Shown here: positions 1-10,109 of the stretch, one piece after another
Layout of the letters: the number at the start of each line of letters is the position of its first letter
Numbering within the stretch: position 1 is the first letter of the stretch
Source: a virus
Lineage: Duplodnaviria > Caudoviricetes
Strand: one strand, 5' to 3'
Virus record (IMG/VR): IMGVR_UViG_3300020180_000003
Coordinates: 14 to 64,013 of that record
DNA: 64,000 bases
Program-made: the position numbers and the translations under genes
Notes under the pieces: generated by a model
Told to the model about the DNA's origin: nothing
Seen by the model: the letters and a program-made list of their open reading frames with translations, nothing else
Database searches by the model: none

Positions 1-521
1 GACACACGCTAATTGCTGGCGTGGACTGGGGCAAGCAGAATGATTTTACAACAGTCAGTATCGGTTGCACGCGATGCAAGGCTGAAGTGGTGCGCGATAG
101 ATTCAATCAGATTGATTATGTGTTTCAGCGCGACAGACTGAAGATTCTTTTCGCCATGTGGCAACCAGCAATAATTTTGGCTGAATCCAATAGCATTGGG
201 CAGCCTAACCTGGAAATGTTACAGCGTGATGGCCTGCCCGTGATTGCATTTGAGACAACAGCCACCACCAAGCCGCCACTAATTGAAAACCTGGCATTGG
301 CTTTTGAGCGTACGGAGTGGCAGTTTCAAGATGATCCAGTTTGGACAGGTGAAATTGAGGCATACGAACGAATCATGTCGCACCACACTGGACGCAGCCG
401 GTATTCAGCGCCGGTTGGTATGCATGACGATACGGTTATAGCGAGAGCACTAATGCTATGGCAAGCGCAACGATCAGTGATGGCAACGCCACTCGTTCAA
501 GGCAAAGCAAGAGGATGGTGA
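1..521 (+). CDS. terL: Terminase large subunit, C-terminal nuclease part
   Basis: IAGVDWG...ESNSIG...HDDTVIA RNase H-like terminase motifs; lies directly before the portal gene. Confidence 0.92.
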   Translation, partial: HTLIAGVDWGKQNDFTTVSIGCTRCKAEVVRDRFNQIDYVFQRDRLKILFAMWQPAIILAESNSIGQPNLEMLQRDGLPVIAFETTATTKPPLIENLALAFERTEWQFQDDPVWTGEIEAYERIMSHHTGRSRYSAPVGMHDDTVIARALMLWQAQRSVMATPLVQGKARGW

Positions 522-524
522 TTT

Positions 525-2036
525 ATGGCCTGGTATGACTTTTTTCGGCGTTTCCTACCAAAACGTACAGCGCCGCCGATAGCAATGCGTGCATTACCAA
601 GTGGGCGCGCTTCGGTGGATGACATGAACAGTTACGCCGCCGCTAATTGGGTGGTGATGCCGCCGAACAATTACGAAAGTAACTGGCAACTGCTCAACTT
701 TTCGTCTAAGGATTTTGATGGCATTGCGCCAACGAAGTTACTCGAAATTTTGGTGGATCTGTCGCCGGAAGTCAGCCGCGCGCACTATGATTTTCTACGC
801 ATGTGCAATCCTGGCTTTGAGGTAAAAGTCACACGGCTGGGCAGCGACACGCCAGACAAGCGCGGGCAGGCGGCGACTGATGAGTTTGTCAATCGCCTTA
901 ACGATAGATACGGCACGCTCGATGTCGTAATCGGGCGCATTTTTACCGGCGCATTTATGCGTGGCGCATTGTGTGCAGAACTCGTATTAGACAAGCGCGG
1001 TCGGATGCCGCTAGATTTGGCAACACCCGATCCGGCGTCGATTCGTTTCCGGCGACGCAGTAGCCCCGATGGTAGCGGCGACGAATGGCAACCCGGGCAA
1101 TGGCAGGCGTATGAGTTCAAGGCGCTAGACATTCCGACATTTCGCTATATCCCGATTGACCCGATGCCAAGCACGCCCTATGGCAGACCGCTGGCCGCAC
1201 CCGCACTGTTCACGTCGCTGTTTCTGCTCGGCATCATGCACGATCTAAGGCGCGTCATTCAGCAGCAAGGCTATCCGCGGATCGACTTGAGTATCGATGT
1301 TGACAAGCTGCTAGCAGCAGCGCCACATCTAGCGCAGAATCCCGAGTCGTTTAACGCATTGGTTAGCGACTTGGTTGATCAGGTAAGCACGGCTTACGCA
1401 CAATTGCAGCCCGACGATGCATACATTCATACCAGCAATGTCAACGTCAACCGTCCTGTTGGTGCAGTGGATTCCAGCAGCTTGGCCGGTATTGACAGCA
1501 TTATCACGGCACTAGAACGAATGTCGGCACGGGCACTAAAAACCATGCCGCTAATGCTGGGTATCACTGAGGCAACCGGCGACGTGCAGTCGAATCGTCA
1601 ATTCGAGATATTCGCGGCTGGCATCAAGAGCATCCAACACTATGCAGAAACCATGCTGAATCGCCTGTTTACGTTGGCCCTAGAAGCGCAGGGTATCCAG
1701 GCGAAAGTCAGCTTTGTGTTTGCAGAATTGCGTGCCGCTGAAATGCTGCGTGATGCGCAAACTGAAACCATGAAAATCAACAACGAACGCGAGAAACGCA
1801 ATCAGGGCTGGATTACGCAGGACGAGGCATCGATTGCAATCACCGGCAGCCCAGCCGTGGAAGAAGCGCCGACGATGCAAGCACCAGCGCCGCCAGGGAT
1901 TCAGCAGGGAGATGGTGAGGGCATGGAAGTTGTGCGCAGCGCTGAAGCGTTCCTGGCAGAATTACGTACCGGACGTGCCGAAGTAGCGGAAGCGCTGGGA
2001 GTTGTGCGGACAAATGGCTATCACAAAAACGATTGA
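525..2036 (+). CDS. Portal protein
   Basis: 503 aa, follows terL, PYGRP motif typical of portals. Confidence 0.8.
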   Translation: MAWYDFFRRFLPKRTAPPIAMRALPSGRASVDDMNSYAAANWVVMPPNNYESNWQLLNFSSKDFDGIAPTKLLEILVDLSPEVSRAHYDFLRMCNPGFEVKVTRLGSDTPDKRGQAATDEFVNRLNDRYGTLDVVIGRIFTGAFMRGALCAELVLDKRGRMPLDLATPDPASIRFRRRSSPDGSGDEWQPGQWQAYEFKALDIPTFRYIPIDPMPSTPYGRPLAAPALFTSLFLLGIMHDLRRVIQQQGYPRIDLSIDVDKLLAAAPHLAQNPESFNALVSDLVDQVSTAYAQLQPDDAYIHTSNVNVNRPVGAVDSSSLAGIDSIITALERMSARALKTMPLMLGITEATGDVQSNRQFEIFAAGIKSIQHYAETMLNRLFTLALEAQGIQAKVSFVFAELRAAEMLRDAQTETMKINNEREKRNQGWITQDEASIAITGSPAVEEAPTMQAPAPPGIQQGDGEGMEVVRSAEAFLAELRTGRAEVAEALGVVRTNGYHKND

Positions 2037-2847
2037 TGCGCAGCTTGAATCTGGATTGCGCAAGATGCTACGTGCCTATGAGGGTCTGCTCTCGTTGCGC
2101 GAACAAGTTTTACCAGAAGAGATCGCGCTGGGCGATCAATGGCAATCCGAGTTAGAGCCGGCGTTGCGTGACCTGTATTGGTATCCATTCCGCAACGGAT
2201 TCGCGCAAGTGCCCGATACGGCGGGTAAGCTGCGCGCATGGCTAAAACGTCGATACAAAGAGGCAGACGCTACACAGCCGATACGTGAGGTGTTGCGCCG
2301 CTACGGACGTAGAGCCGCCAATCTAGGTGGCAGCATTGCATTGTCTGATCTGGGCATTGCCGGTATGTTTCGCCTGACCAATCCTGGCTATTTGGACGCG
2401 CTAGACGAACACGCCGCCATGATGACAAAACAAGGCACCGAACTGAGCCTGATTGACACGACCATCGATGATCTGGTGACGGGCATCATTCAGGCGAACA
2501 CAAGCTCAACTAGGAGCCTGGCCGATGGCGTATCTGGCGTGGTGGGTGTGCTGATTCGTGGCTGGTCATTTGTGCGCAGTGGAATGATTGCTATCACAGA
2601 AACAACGCGGCGCGTTTCTAACATGATTGGCGAGGCGTTTTGGCGGAACAGTGTGTCGTATCAGTTTTTTGTCACACGCGAAGATCGGGCCGTTTGCAAA
2701 CTGTGCGCGCCGCTTCACGGCGAACGGATGGTGGTAAATGATGTCCCGTCCTATTTGCAAATACCCATCCATGTGAATTGTCGCTGCACCTACCGACCCG
2801 ATCTGACTGACTGGATAATACCTAACACGATATGGATAGGAGATTGA
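2014..2847 (+). CDS. Minor head morphogenesis protein (Mu gpF/SPP1 gp7-like)
   Basis: C-terminal DRAVCKLCAPLHG...PIHVNCRC motif; follows portal. Confidence 0.85.
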   Translation: MAITKTIDAQLESGLRKMLRAYEGLLSLREQVLPEEIALGDQWQSELEPALRDLYWYPFRNGFAQVPDTAGKLRAWLKRRYKEADATQPIREVLRRYGRRAANLGGSIALSDLGIAGMFRLTNPGYLDALDEHAAMMTKQGTELSLIDTTIDDLVTGIIQANTSSTRSLADGVSGVVGVLIRGWSFVRSGMIAITETTRRVSNMIGEAFWRNSVSYQFFVTREDRAVCKLCAPLHGERMVVNDVPSYLQIPIHVNCRCTYRPDLTDWIIPNTIWIGD

Positions 2848-2848
2848 C

Positions 2849-3049
2849 ATGGAAAAAAGTCGGATGACAAAGCTGGAATATGTCGATCACGCAATATCTG
2901 CTGAGGAAATGCGAGCATTGCACAATGCTATGGTGGATGTGATTAATGCCATGAGCGAACGCTTAGAGATTATTGAATCTACCTTGCCCAGAGAACGAGA
3001 CGCACGCCAGGCGCATGTCGTGGATTACCGGCAAGCGAAGCCATTGTAA
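2849..3049 (+). CDS. Hypothetical protein
   Basis: GGAGA RBS, fits operon. Confidence 0.5.
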   Translation: MEKSRMTKLEYVDHAISAEEMRALHNAMVDVINAMSERLEIIESTLPRERDARQAHVVDYRQAKPL

Positions 3050-3068
3050 GGGTAGCGGAGAGGTGGAC

Positions 3069-3272
3069 ATGTCACTTTTAACAGATCGAGAGACAGAGGT
3101 TGTCACTCTATTGGCTCAGGGTAAAAGTCAGATCATCATAGCGCGGCAGTTGATTATCAGCCGCCATACCGTCTATAGCCATGTTCGCAACATCAGAGAG
3201 AAAACCGGCGCGGCGTCGGCGTTTGAATTAGCCCTGAGCGCTGCAATGCAGATGAAATCAGGGCATCCCTAA
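3069..3272 (+). CDS. Stand-alone LuxR/GerE-family HTH regulator
   Basis: LTDRETEVVTLLAQGKSQIIIARQLIISRHTVYSHVRNIREK; GGAGAGG RBS. Confidence 0.9.
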   Translation: MSLLTDRETEVVTLLAQGKSQIIIARQLIISRHTVYSHVRNIREKTGAASAFELALSAAMQMKSGHP

Positions 3273-3293
3273 AAGTAATGACTTTTAGGGATG
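3264..3293. promoter_or_regulatory. Perfect 13-bp inverted repeat (operator or terminator) upstream of the capsid operon
   Basis: CATCCCTAAAAGT-aatg-ACTTTTAGGGATG; TACAAT at 3315-3320. Confidence 0.55.
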
Positions 3294-3356
3294 GAATAAT
3301 TGTTTTGAACTCGTTACAATCATCGTAATGAGTTATTTTTATTTACGGGAAAACAC

Positions 3357-4568
3357 ATGAGCGAACTAGACGTAACCGGCTTAACTTTCACAATTCCAGC
3401 GCGTATTTTGCGTCCATCCGAACAACGGCAGATGGATTTGCTGGCAATCATCAAAGAGCGCCACGCGTTAGATCCGGCAATCCTTGAGGAAAAAACGCCA
3501 TTCTTTTGGGATGCCGAAATCTCATCGGACCTGATCGACGCCTACTCATCTCACATGGCGCTGAGTACCCTGTCCAATTTCCGTGATGATGCCCGGGCCG
3601 GTGTATCTTTTCTGCCGGGGCACAAACATCACGAACTGCCATTTGGCCGGTCGTTTGAGGCCACGCTGCAAGACACACAAGAGCCGCCACGCACACGCGT
3701 TGTGGCTAGCTTCTACACAATCCCTGGCTTGCGCCTCAACGACATCACGACAGACGACCTGATTGGCGGCTTGCGTAGTGGCATCCTCAAAGACACCTCT
3801 GTTGGTTTTCACGGCGGTGAGCAAACTTGTGATTTGTGCAACCGCAGCATCTGGGATTGGGATTGTGTACACGTCCCGGGCCTGCGCTACGAGGTCAAAG
3901 AGGGCAACCTTGTCAGCGCAAAACTTGCAACATACGCCGTGCATAATGCGCGCCTTTCCGAGGTTAGTAGCGTATTCGACGGCGCTACACCTAGAGCAGA
4001 AGTAATCAAAGCAGAGCGCGAGGCAAGCGAAGGGCGCATGAAGCCCGACGCTGTACGCATGATCGAAGAACGCTATCGGGTAAAACTACCGACTAGGCGT
4101 CAGTTTGCTGTAAGCCAGCAGAAAGACAAAGCAATGGATTTTGAACAAGTAATTAACCAAATTCGCGAGGTGCGCGGGCTTGACGCTTCAGCGGACATTA
4201 TCACGGCGCTACAAAGCGAAGGTGCCGAACTTGGCCGGCTCCGTGCGATTGAGCCAAAATTAGCCGATGCCAGTGCTAAACTCATCGAGCTTGAACCGCT
4301 GGCCGCTGATGGGCGTGCCTATCGTGCTGATCTTGTCGCCGCGGCACTTGAGGAAGGTGTACGCGCCCACGGTGACAAGTTCGACCAAGCCACCTATGAG
4401 ACGGTGCTGCGCAGTTCACCAATCGCCATCATTAAACGGATGCGCGATGACTGGATGGCGACCGGCGATCAACGTCTCTCTGGCGGCCGTCAAAGCACCG
4501 ATGAAGGCGAACCGGCAGGTAAGCCCAAGCAGCGCACAACCGTGCCGCAGAAAGCGTACGCGGTCTAA
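3357..4568 (+). CDS. Prohead protease / scaffold
   Basis: HK97-like protease features (PGHKH, TSVGF, LSEVSSV) with a helical C-terminus; position before MCP. Confidence 0.8.
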   Translation: MSELDVTGLTFTIPARILRPSEQRQMDLLAIIKERHALDPAILEEKTPFFWDAEISSDLIDAYSSHMALSTLSNFRDDARAGVSFLPGHKHHELPFGRSFEATLQDTQEPPRTRVVASFYTIPGLRLNDITTDDLIGGLRSGILKDTSVGFHGGEQTCDLCNRSIWDWDCVHVPGLRYEVKEGNLVSAKLATYAVHNARLSEVSSVFDGATPRAEVIKAEREASEGRMKPDAVRMIEERYRVKLPTRRQFAVSQQKDKAMDFEQVINQIREVRGLDASADIITALQSEGAELGRLRAIEPKLADASAKLIELEPLAADGRAYRADLVAAALEEGVRAHGDKFDQATYETVLRSSPIAIIKRMRDDWMATGDQRLSGGRQSTDEGEPAGKPKQRTTVPQKAYAV

Positions 4569-4570
4569 TC

Positions 4571-5011
4571 ATGCGAAAAACATTCCTTTCAGGACTGATT
4601 GCCGCATTGCTTCTGGTGGCGCTACTCAATATACCAGCGCTTGCACAGGGGATCAGCAACTTTTCTAGCCTTGTGTTGAGTGGCGATCTGGTTGTCGGTG
4701 ATGACGTGACGATTGTTGGCGACGTGGTGACACAGCCGACTACTGCCATCGTTGTTACTAGTGGCAGCACGATCACGCCGTTGGGTGCATACGTGCCGAT
4801 TACCGGCAGTACGGGCGTTGGTACATCAAGCATTGCAGCACCCACAGCAGGGCGACTTATCTACATCACAAATCTGGCAAATGCCACGATCACACTAACT
4901 GACACCGGTACGCTCAAGTTATCAGCCAATTTCGCAATGGGGCAATACGACAGTATCACGCTCCGTGGCGATGGCACCAACTGGATTGAAGCCGGACGAA
5001 GCAACAACTAG
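4571..5011 (+). CDS. Hypothetical beta-rich protein with N-terminal signal peptide
   Basis: MRKTFLSGLIAALLLVALLNIPALAQ. Confidence 0.6.
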   Translation: MRKTFLSGLIAALLLVALLNIPALAQGISNFSSLVLSGDLVVGDDVTIVGDVVTQPTTAIVVTSGSTITPLGAYVPITGSTGVGTSSIAAPTAGRLIYITNLANATITLTDTGTLKLSANFAMGQYDSITLRGDGTNWIEAGRSNN

Positions 5012-5023
5012 GAGGATTTTACA

Positions 5024-5449
5024 ATGGCAGATCCACGCAACGCCGTCGCCTTCGAGGGCATCGGCTACTCAGCACAAACGTTCTGGATTGACGACAGCAC
5101 CATTACCTATAGCGCAACCGCCACCAACGGCAGCGCGGGAGTCGGCTTGGCCGTCGCCTTTTCGGCAAGTGAAACGGTCGAACTCGCCGGTGATGGCGAG
5201 GAGATTGTCGGCAAGTTGATCTCCGTCGAATCCGACAACAAAGCCGTGGTGCAGACAGGCGGCTACATGACATTGCCAGCCGGGACGGGCGCAACGCTTA
5301 CGCCTGGCAAAAAGATTGTCGGTGACTTGCTGGTATCGGCAGAAGGCTATATCCGCGAAGTTGCCACCGCAACCGCCGCCGAATTAGGCGTCGCACGCGG
5401 GATGATTGTTGACGCAGGCACGACCACAGCCGTGGTTGTCAAACTCTAA
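5024..5449 (+). CDS. Head decoration/cement protein
   Basis: 141 aa, Gly/Ala/Thr-rich, directly before MCP, AGGAGG RBS. Confidence 0.6.
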   Translation: MADPRNAVAFEGIGYSAQTFWIDDSTITYSATATNGSAGVGLAVAFSASETVELAGDGEEIVGKLISVESDNKAVVQTGGYMTLPAGTGATLTPGKKIVGDLLVSAEGYIREVATATAAELGVARGMIVDAGTTTAVVVKL

Positions 5450-5460
5450 AGGAGTGATTT

Positions 5461-6705
5461 ATGACTATCGAATTTAAGGAGTTGGGCACCCGCGAATTGT
5501 GGGAACAGTTCCAGAGAAAACCGATTGACATCTACAACACGGTTGCCAACCGTATGTTGGAGTCAGGTATCGAAGACACGCCGACATTAAGCCGCGCGCT
5601 TGAGGAAATCAGCCCCAGCCAAAAAGGCGACCAGTTGGATACCTTCGAGCGCCTTATGTTGGAAGCCGGTATTCGCACGCAATCAGATGCCACGGCAGGC
5701 TATTGGGCTAGTAACGCCAGTGCCTTCACACGCAACGCCGGGACCAAGGCGCTGTTGACCGAATTCGTGGCACGCAACTGGCGCAAAGTTAGTTACGGCA
5801 TGAGTCAGCATCGTGCCACCTTTCTGAGCAATGATGGCGTGACCGGCTCATGGGAGCGGCCCTATTCCGACGCAATGGGTATTCGGCCTAGCGAACGGAT
5901 TGCGCCCGCTATTCCGTTGAACGAACTGATCAGCATGACCACGGCCATCGACAGCGATACCTATCGCAGCTATTTCCTGACCTACGATGCCGAGGCGCTG
6001 CGCAAATATCGCGTTGGTGAAACTGCCGACATTCCGATTGCCAAACTGACCGGCGGGGACACTTCGATCCGCCTGCACAAATACGGGCGTGGCATTCAGG
6101 CATCCTACGAGGATTTGCGCCGAATGCGTGTCGATAAACTCGCCTTCTATATCCAATGGATGGCGCTACAAAGTGAAATCGACAAAGTTTCGGCCGCCAT
6201 GACTGTGCTGATTAATGGTGACGGAAATGCAAGCACCGTGCCGACCACACACAATCTGACTACACTGGACACCGCCGCGACGGCTGGCACGCTCACCCTA
6301 AAAGGCTGGCAGGCCTTCAAATTTAAGTTTGTCAATCCGTACATTGTGACCACGGCCCTCATGCAAGAGGCGGTTGCGCTGCAATTGGCACTGCTGAATA
6401 CCGGATCGGCCAACATTCCACTGGCGACCGTGCCGGTTGGGCAAGGTGGGCTGGGCACTGGCCTAACACCAATCAATCAATTTGCTGATACCGTGCGCTA
6501 CGGCTGGACCAGTGACGCACCGGCGTTGAAGATCGTCGCCTTTGACAGTCGTTTCGCCTTGGAACGTGTCACAGAAATCGGCAGCGAGATCAGTGAGTTC
6601 GAAAGATTTATCACGAATCAGACGCAGATTATGACAATGACTGAGGTAGAGGGATACGCAGTAAGTGACGGCGCTGCAACTAAAATTCTCAATGTGAACG
6701 GCTAA
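5461..6705 (+). CDS. Major capsid protein
   Basis: 414 aa, position, KYGRGIQASYE segment typical of HK97-fold MCPs, strong RBS. Confidence 0.8.
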   Translation: MTIEFKELGTRELWEQFQRKPIDIYNTVANRMLESGIEDTPTLSRALEEISPSQKGDQLDTFERLMLEAGIRTQSDATAGYWASNASAFTRNAGTKALLTEFVARNWRKVSYGMSQHRATFLSNDGVTGSWERPYSDAMGIRPSERIAPAIPLNELISMTTAIDSDTYRSYFLTYDAEALRKYRVGETADIPIAKLTGGDTSIRLHKYGRGIQASYEDLRRMRVDKLAFYIQWMALQSEIDKVSAAMTVLINGDGNASTVPTTHNLTTLDTAATAGTLTLKGWQAFKFKFVNPYIVTTALMQEAVALQLALLNTGSANIPLATVPVGQGGLGTGLTPINQFADTVRYGWTSDAPALKIVAFDSRFALERVTEIGSEISEFERFITNQTQIMTMTEVEGYAVSDGAATKILNVNG

Positions 6706-6717
6706 GGAGGCTTTCTG

Positions 6718-7035
6718 ATGGCTGAAACAATCAAAGTCAAGGCAGCGAAGAAAGACGGGAAGGTCGTGATCTGGGAAACACATCCAGATCACCCAGCCGG
6801 CGAAATCTTCATCAGCGGTGACGACAATACGCACGATGCAGCGGAGACAGCCGAGGTGCTACTGCGAATCAAGGCGGGCACGTTGGTCAAGGTATTCGAT
6901 CCATCAGCGACTAAACCGGCAGCACCTGAGCCGGACAACGATACAGCGTCTGTACCATGGGGCGATAATCCCGCTGATGTATCTGATGCTGCCACGCTCT
7001 CCGTGATTACTACCAACACGAAGGCACGCAAGTAA
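6718..7035 (+). CDS. Hypothetical virion-region protein
   Basis: AAGGAGG RBS, follows MCP. Confidence 0.6.
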   Translation: MAETIKVKAAKKDGKVVIWETHPDHPAGEIFISGDDNTHDAAETAEVLLRIKAGTLVKVFDPSATKPAAPEPDNDTASVPWGDNPADVSDAATLSVITTNTKARK

Positions 7036-7455
7036 ATGGCTGTCACGCTGACGATTGCCGACCTAGAGCAGCCGACAGGGGAACTAACTACCGAGTTATT
7101 CCCCGGCAGTGTGCTTGCTGTGCTGCTCTCTGGTTGGTTGGAACAGGCTGAAACGAAGGTTGAAGCCGACCCCGGCATCGCTACGGCTAGCCAGAATGCT
7201 GCTGCTGCGGCCTGGGTTTATCACCGCGCCTACAGCTACAAAGCGAACATGCAAGCCAGTACACCGAATCAGGTGAACTTTAGCAATCAGCCTGGCGTGT
7301 CGAAAACCATGTCATCTGATCAGCGTGAGTATTTTGTGAATCTCGCCAATCTAAAACTGGCGGAATACGAAGGCCATGCCGCGGTTGGCAGTACGACAGG
7401 CACGGCCCCGGCTTTCTTTGGACGTATCAGCGCACGGCGCGGGATTCGGTACTAG
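7036..7455 (+). CDS. Putative head-tail adaptor
   Basis: Size and synteny. Confidence 0.5.
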   Translation: MAVTLTIADLEQPTGELTTELFPGSVLAVLLSGWLEQAETKVEADPGIATASQNAAAAAWVYHRAYSYKANMQASTPNQVNFSNQPGVSKTMSSDQREYFVNLANLKLAEYEGHAAVGSTTGTAPAFFGRISARRGIRY

Positions 7456-7968
7456 ATGGCTGACGTGTTCTGGAATGCGCTAGACACCTACATGGTGAAT
7501 ATGTACACGACCGCGATGGGCGCGGGCAGTGCCTATACCACCATGAAAGCGAAGACGATTAACAAAGAGTATTACGCCGACGCCTTCGTGTGGTCTACGT
7601 GGACATTGCCAGCTATCGCGGTTGCTTGTTACCGCATTGACTATACGCTTGACGGCCACACCGGTGGCGACAGCACGCTGTACCGCAAAACCTACCGCTG
7701 CGCTGCATGGGGCATTGTTGGCGGCGTACTCAGTCCGACAGCTAATTCAACAATCGGCACGCTGGCCGAAGAGACGAAAGAATTCTACGAGCGCATGGAA
7801 GCACCTTTGCGCACCGATAAGTTTGCGATGGTTGCCGCGGGATTCAGAGCGCGTAAAGTCACCATAACCAGCGGTGATTGCGATGTGATCAGATTTGCTG
7901 ACGATGGCATCGAGAGCACTAAGCGGCTAGGCATTGCAATGATCCTATTCGACATACAAGCGAGCTAA
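7456..7968 (+). CDS. Putative tail terminator/completion protein
   Basis: Synteny, LPAIAV motif. Confidence 0.45.
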   Translation: MADVFWNALDTYMVNMYTTAMGAGSAYTTMKAKTINKEYYADAFVWSTWTLPAIAVACYRIDYTLDGHTGGDSTLYRKTYRCAAWGIVGGVLSPTANSTIGTLAEETKEFYERMEAPLRTDKFAMVAAGFRARKVTITSGDCDVIRFADDGIESTKRLGIAMILFDIQAS

Positions 7969-7974
7969 AAAATT

Positions 7975-8253
7975 ATGACAAGAGACAAGCTACTCGAATA
8001 TATCACCGACAAACACAAAGCGGCGCTAAAGAAGGTCGGCCTTGAATCAACCGACGCGCAAGAAACGCTGTTCCACATTCTCAATGATGCAATGAACGGC
8101 GTAGATGCTGCGGCGCAAAAAACCATTGCCGATCGCGAGGTGGGAATCCTGATCCGCGACCGCAAGGCGATGGCGAAAGCGGAAGTGGAAGTGGAAGTGG
8201 AAGTGGCGGAAACGCAGAAGGAAGTGACAGATGTCAGCAACGTCGGAAGCTAA
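7975..8253 (+). CDS. Hypothetical protein with EVEVEV tract
   Basis: ORF filling the operon gap. Confidence 0.5.
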   Translation: MTRDKLLEYITDKHKAALKKVGLESTDAQETLFHILNDAMNGVDAAAQKTIADREVGILIRDRKAMAKAEVEVEVEVAETQKEVTDVSNVGS

Positions 8254-9262
8254 TTCCCAATCAGCGTTCTTGGCCATCGGCAAACAGACGGCAAAGGGGA
8301 CGCCAGCTACTACGCTATTTAGGGCGCTGGCGACCGTCAGCGAACTAGCGCCAGAGTTTGAGTACCAGGAGGGGCGCATTGAACACCCGTCCTCTGTGCC
8401 AGATACAAGCTGGCTGCTAGCCGCGCCACAGGTGCCTACTGGCTACCTCGCCGGTGCGGCCGTGACGTTCGCACTGCGTCCTAATTTTATCGTGCCCGTC
8501 CTGATGGCGGCGGGTTACAAAGTGGTTACGGCTGCTTCAACCGGCTACTATACGCACACGATCACGCAAGATACGGACGTCAATCACAAATGGTTTACCA
8601 TTGCATGGAGCGTGCCGGAAAGCGACGGAACTTTTGTTACACGCGGCGTCGATATGCGCTGCACGTCATTTTCCTTCGAGATCTCACCCGAGGAAATCAT
8701 AGTGACGGCAGAGTTCCGCGGCCTGACCGTTCAACCAATGTCGGGATCGCCTACCTATACCGCGGAAGTGTTGGATGAAATCGTGCCGTGGCTGGGTACA
8801 CGCACGACCTTGACCATCGGCGGCTATTCCTGTGTAGAGCGTGTCCGTTCGATCAGCATCGAAGGCACGAACGAATTACGCGAGGATGACAAAGCGATTT
8901 GGGAGGCGGTGCGCACGGGCCTTGGTCGCACCAGATTCGGGCTAGACATCGGGATAAGTGAAGCCAATATCAGCGATGATATGTACGAGGCGCTTTCCTA
9001 TGGAGCGACGGGCGGCACAACCGTAGCCACCGGTGCGGTAATGGGCGCTGTCGATATCCAATGGCTAAGTGCTGCCGTGATTCCGACAACGATAGTGCCG
9101 TACAAATTCCAGACAGCCATGCCGTCAGTGCAGTGGAAAATGGACGGGCGTCCACAGGCGAATGGTGATGACCTGATGACGATTGCCGCCACCGGCAGTG
9201 TTATCGCAAATGTTGCGGTGCCAAACACTATCACGGTTGTGAATGGGGTAGTAGCCTACTGA
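8231..9262 (+). CDS. Major tail tube protein
   Basis: 343 aa, N-terminal LAIGKQTAKGTPAT motif common in tail tube proteins, precedes chaperone and TMP. Confidence 0.75.
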   Translation: MSATSEANSQSAFLAIGKQTAKGTPATTLFRALATVSELAPEFEYQEGRIEHPSSVPDTSWLLAAPQVPTGYLAGAAVTFALRPNFIVPVLMAAGYKVVTAASTGYYTHTITQDTDVNHKWFTIAWSVPESDGTFVTRGVDMRCTSFSFEISPEEIIVTAEFRGLTVQPMSGSPTYTAEVLDEIVPWLGTRTTLTIGGYSCVERVRSISIEGTNELREDDKAIWEAVRTGLGRTRFGLDIGISEANISDDMYEALSYGATGGTTVATGAVMGAVDIQWLSAAVIPTTIVPYKFQTAMPSVQWKMDGRPQANGDDLMTIAATGSVIANVAVPNTITVVNGVVAY

Positions 9263-9801
9263 TGACCGATATTCTAAAAAAAATCGACACGCTGGAATTT
9301 GTCGTTGACGATGGCGATGCTGAGGTCGAATACCGGCTCACCTTTGGCGCTTGCAACGGATACCAAAAGAGCCTGTTCGACCGTTACCGCGAACGGGCCT
9401 TTGGCATCATTGCCGATGAATACGCGCCACCGGTGAAAGACGGAAAAAAGGCCGACGCGGTGCCGCTTGCGCGCGTACGCTATGCCGAAACCGTAAAATC
9501 ACTTTCGACATTCGAGCGTGACGCCGCCGAAAGCAAACTGAATGCCATGATCCTACACGCAGCCAATCTTGCATCGCTGCGTAAAGTGGAAGCGAAGGAC
9601 GGCGAAACATGGAAAGAAGCCAAGCTGCCGGAATTCTGGTATGACATGAGCGCAGCGGTGGAACAGATCTCATCCGATTTGGCCGACGCTCTTTTGGTAA
9701 AAACCTTTACTGTCAACCCGCCGCGCCTGTTTGGTTTTCTGACAGATAACGACGATGAAAAAAAAATGCTACGGCTGATCGTGCCGAAATCCGTGAGCTA
9801 G
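9262..9801 (+). CDS. Tail assembly chaperone (G)
   Basis: Between tail tube and TMP; slippery A9 run near its 3' end. Confidence 0.75.
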   Translation: MTDILKKIDTLEFVVDDGDAEVEYRLTFGACNGYQKSLFDRYRERAFGIIADEYAPPVKDGKKADAVPLARVRYAETVKSLSTFERDAAESKLNAMILHAANLASLRKVEAKDGETWKEAKLPEFWYDMSAAVEQISSDLADALLVKTFTVNPPRLFGFLTDNDDEKKMLRLIVPKSVS

Positions 9802-10109
9802 CCCGGGCGATTGTCCGTGTTGAGGAAGACGGCAAATCGGATAAGCCGAAGAAGCCGCCAACCGCTGCTGAGTTACGGCAGAAACAGAAAGACGGCGAAC
9901 TAGATGGCCTATGTGATTCAACGTCACTGGACGAGTTTATTAAATGGCGCGCATTCGGCGGTGAGCAACGAGGCATGTCCTATCAGGAAGTTAGCGAGAT
10001 GCCGGCAGTGCGTCAAGCTGACTTTCTTTTTATTTTATCGGTAATCGGTGAGGAACGGGACGCCGTACCGAAGACGCCAAGGGCACCAGGCAGACGGGGG
10101 AAACGATGA
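9262..10109 (+). CDS. Tail assembly chaperone GT fusion by -1 frameshift at 9758-9766
   Basis: GAA AAA AAA ATG; the -1 frame stays open from 9765 (NATADRAEIRELAR...) to TGA at 10109. Confidence 0.75.

Noticed and set aside
21-521. Independent 166-aa gene
   Set aside because: It is the C-terminus of the terminase that starts at 63166.
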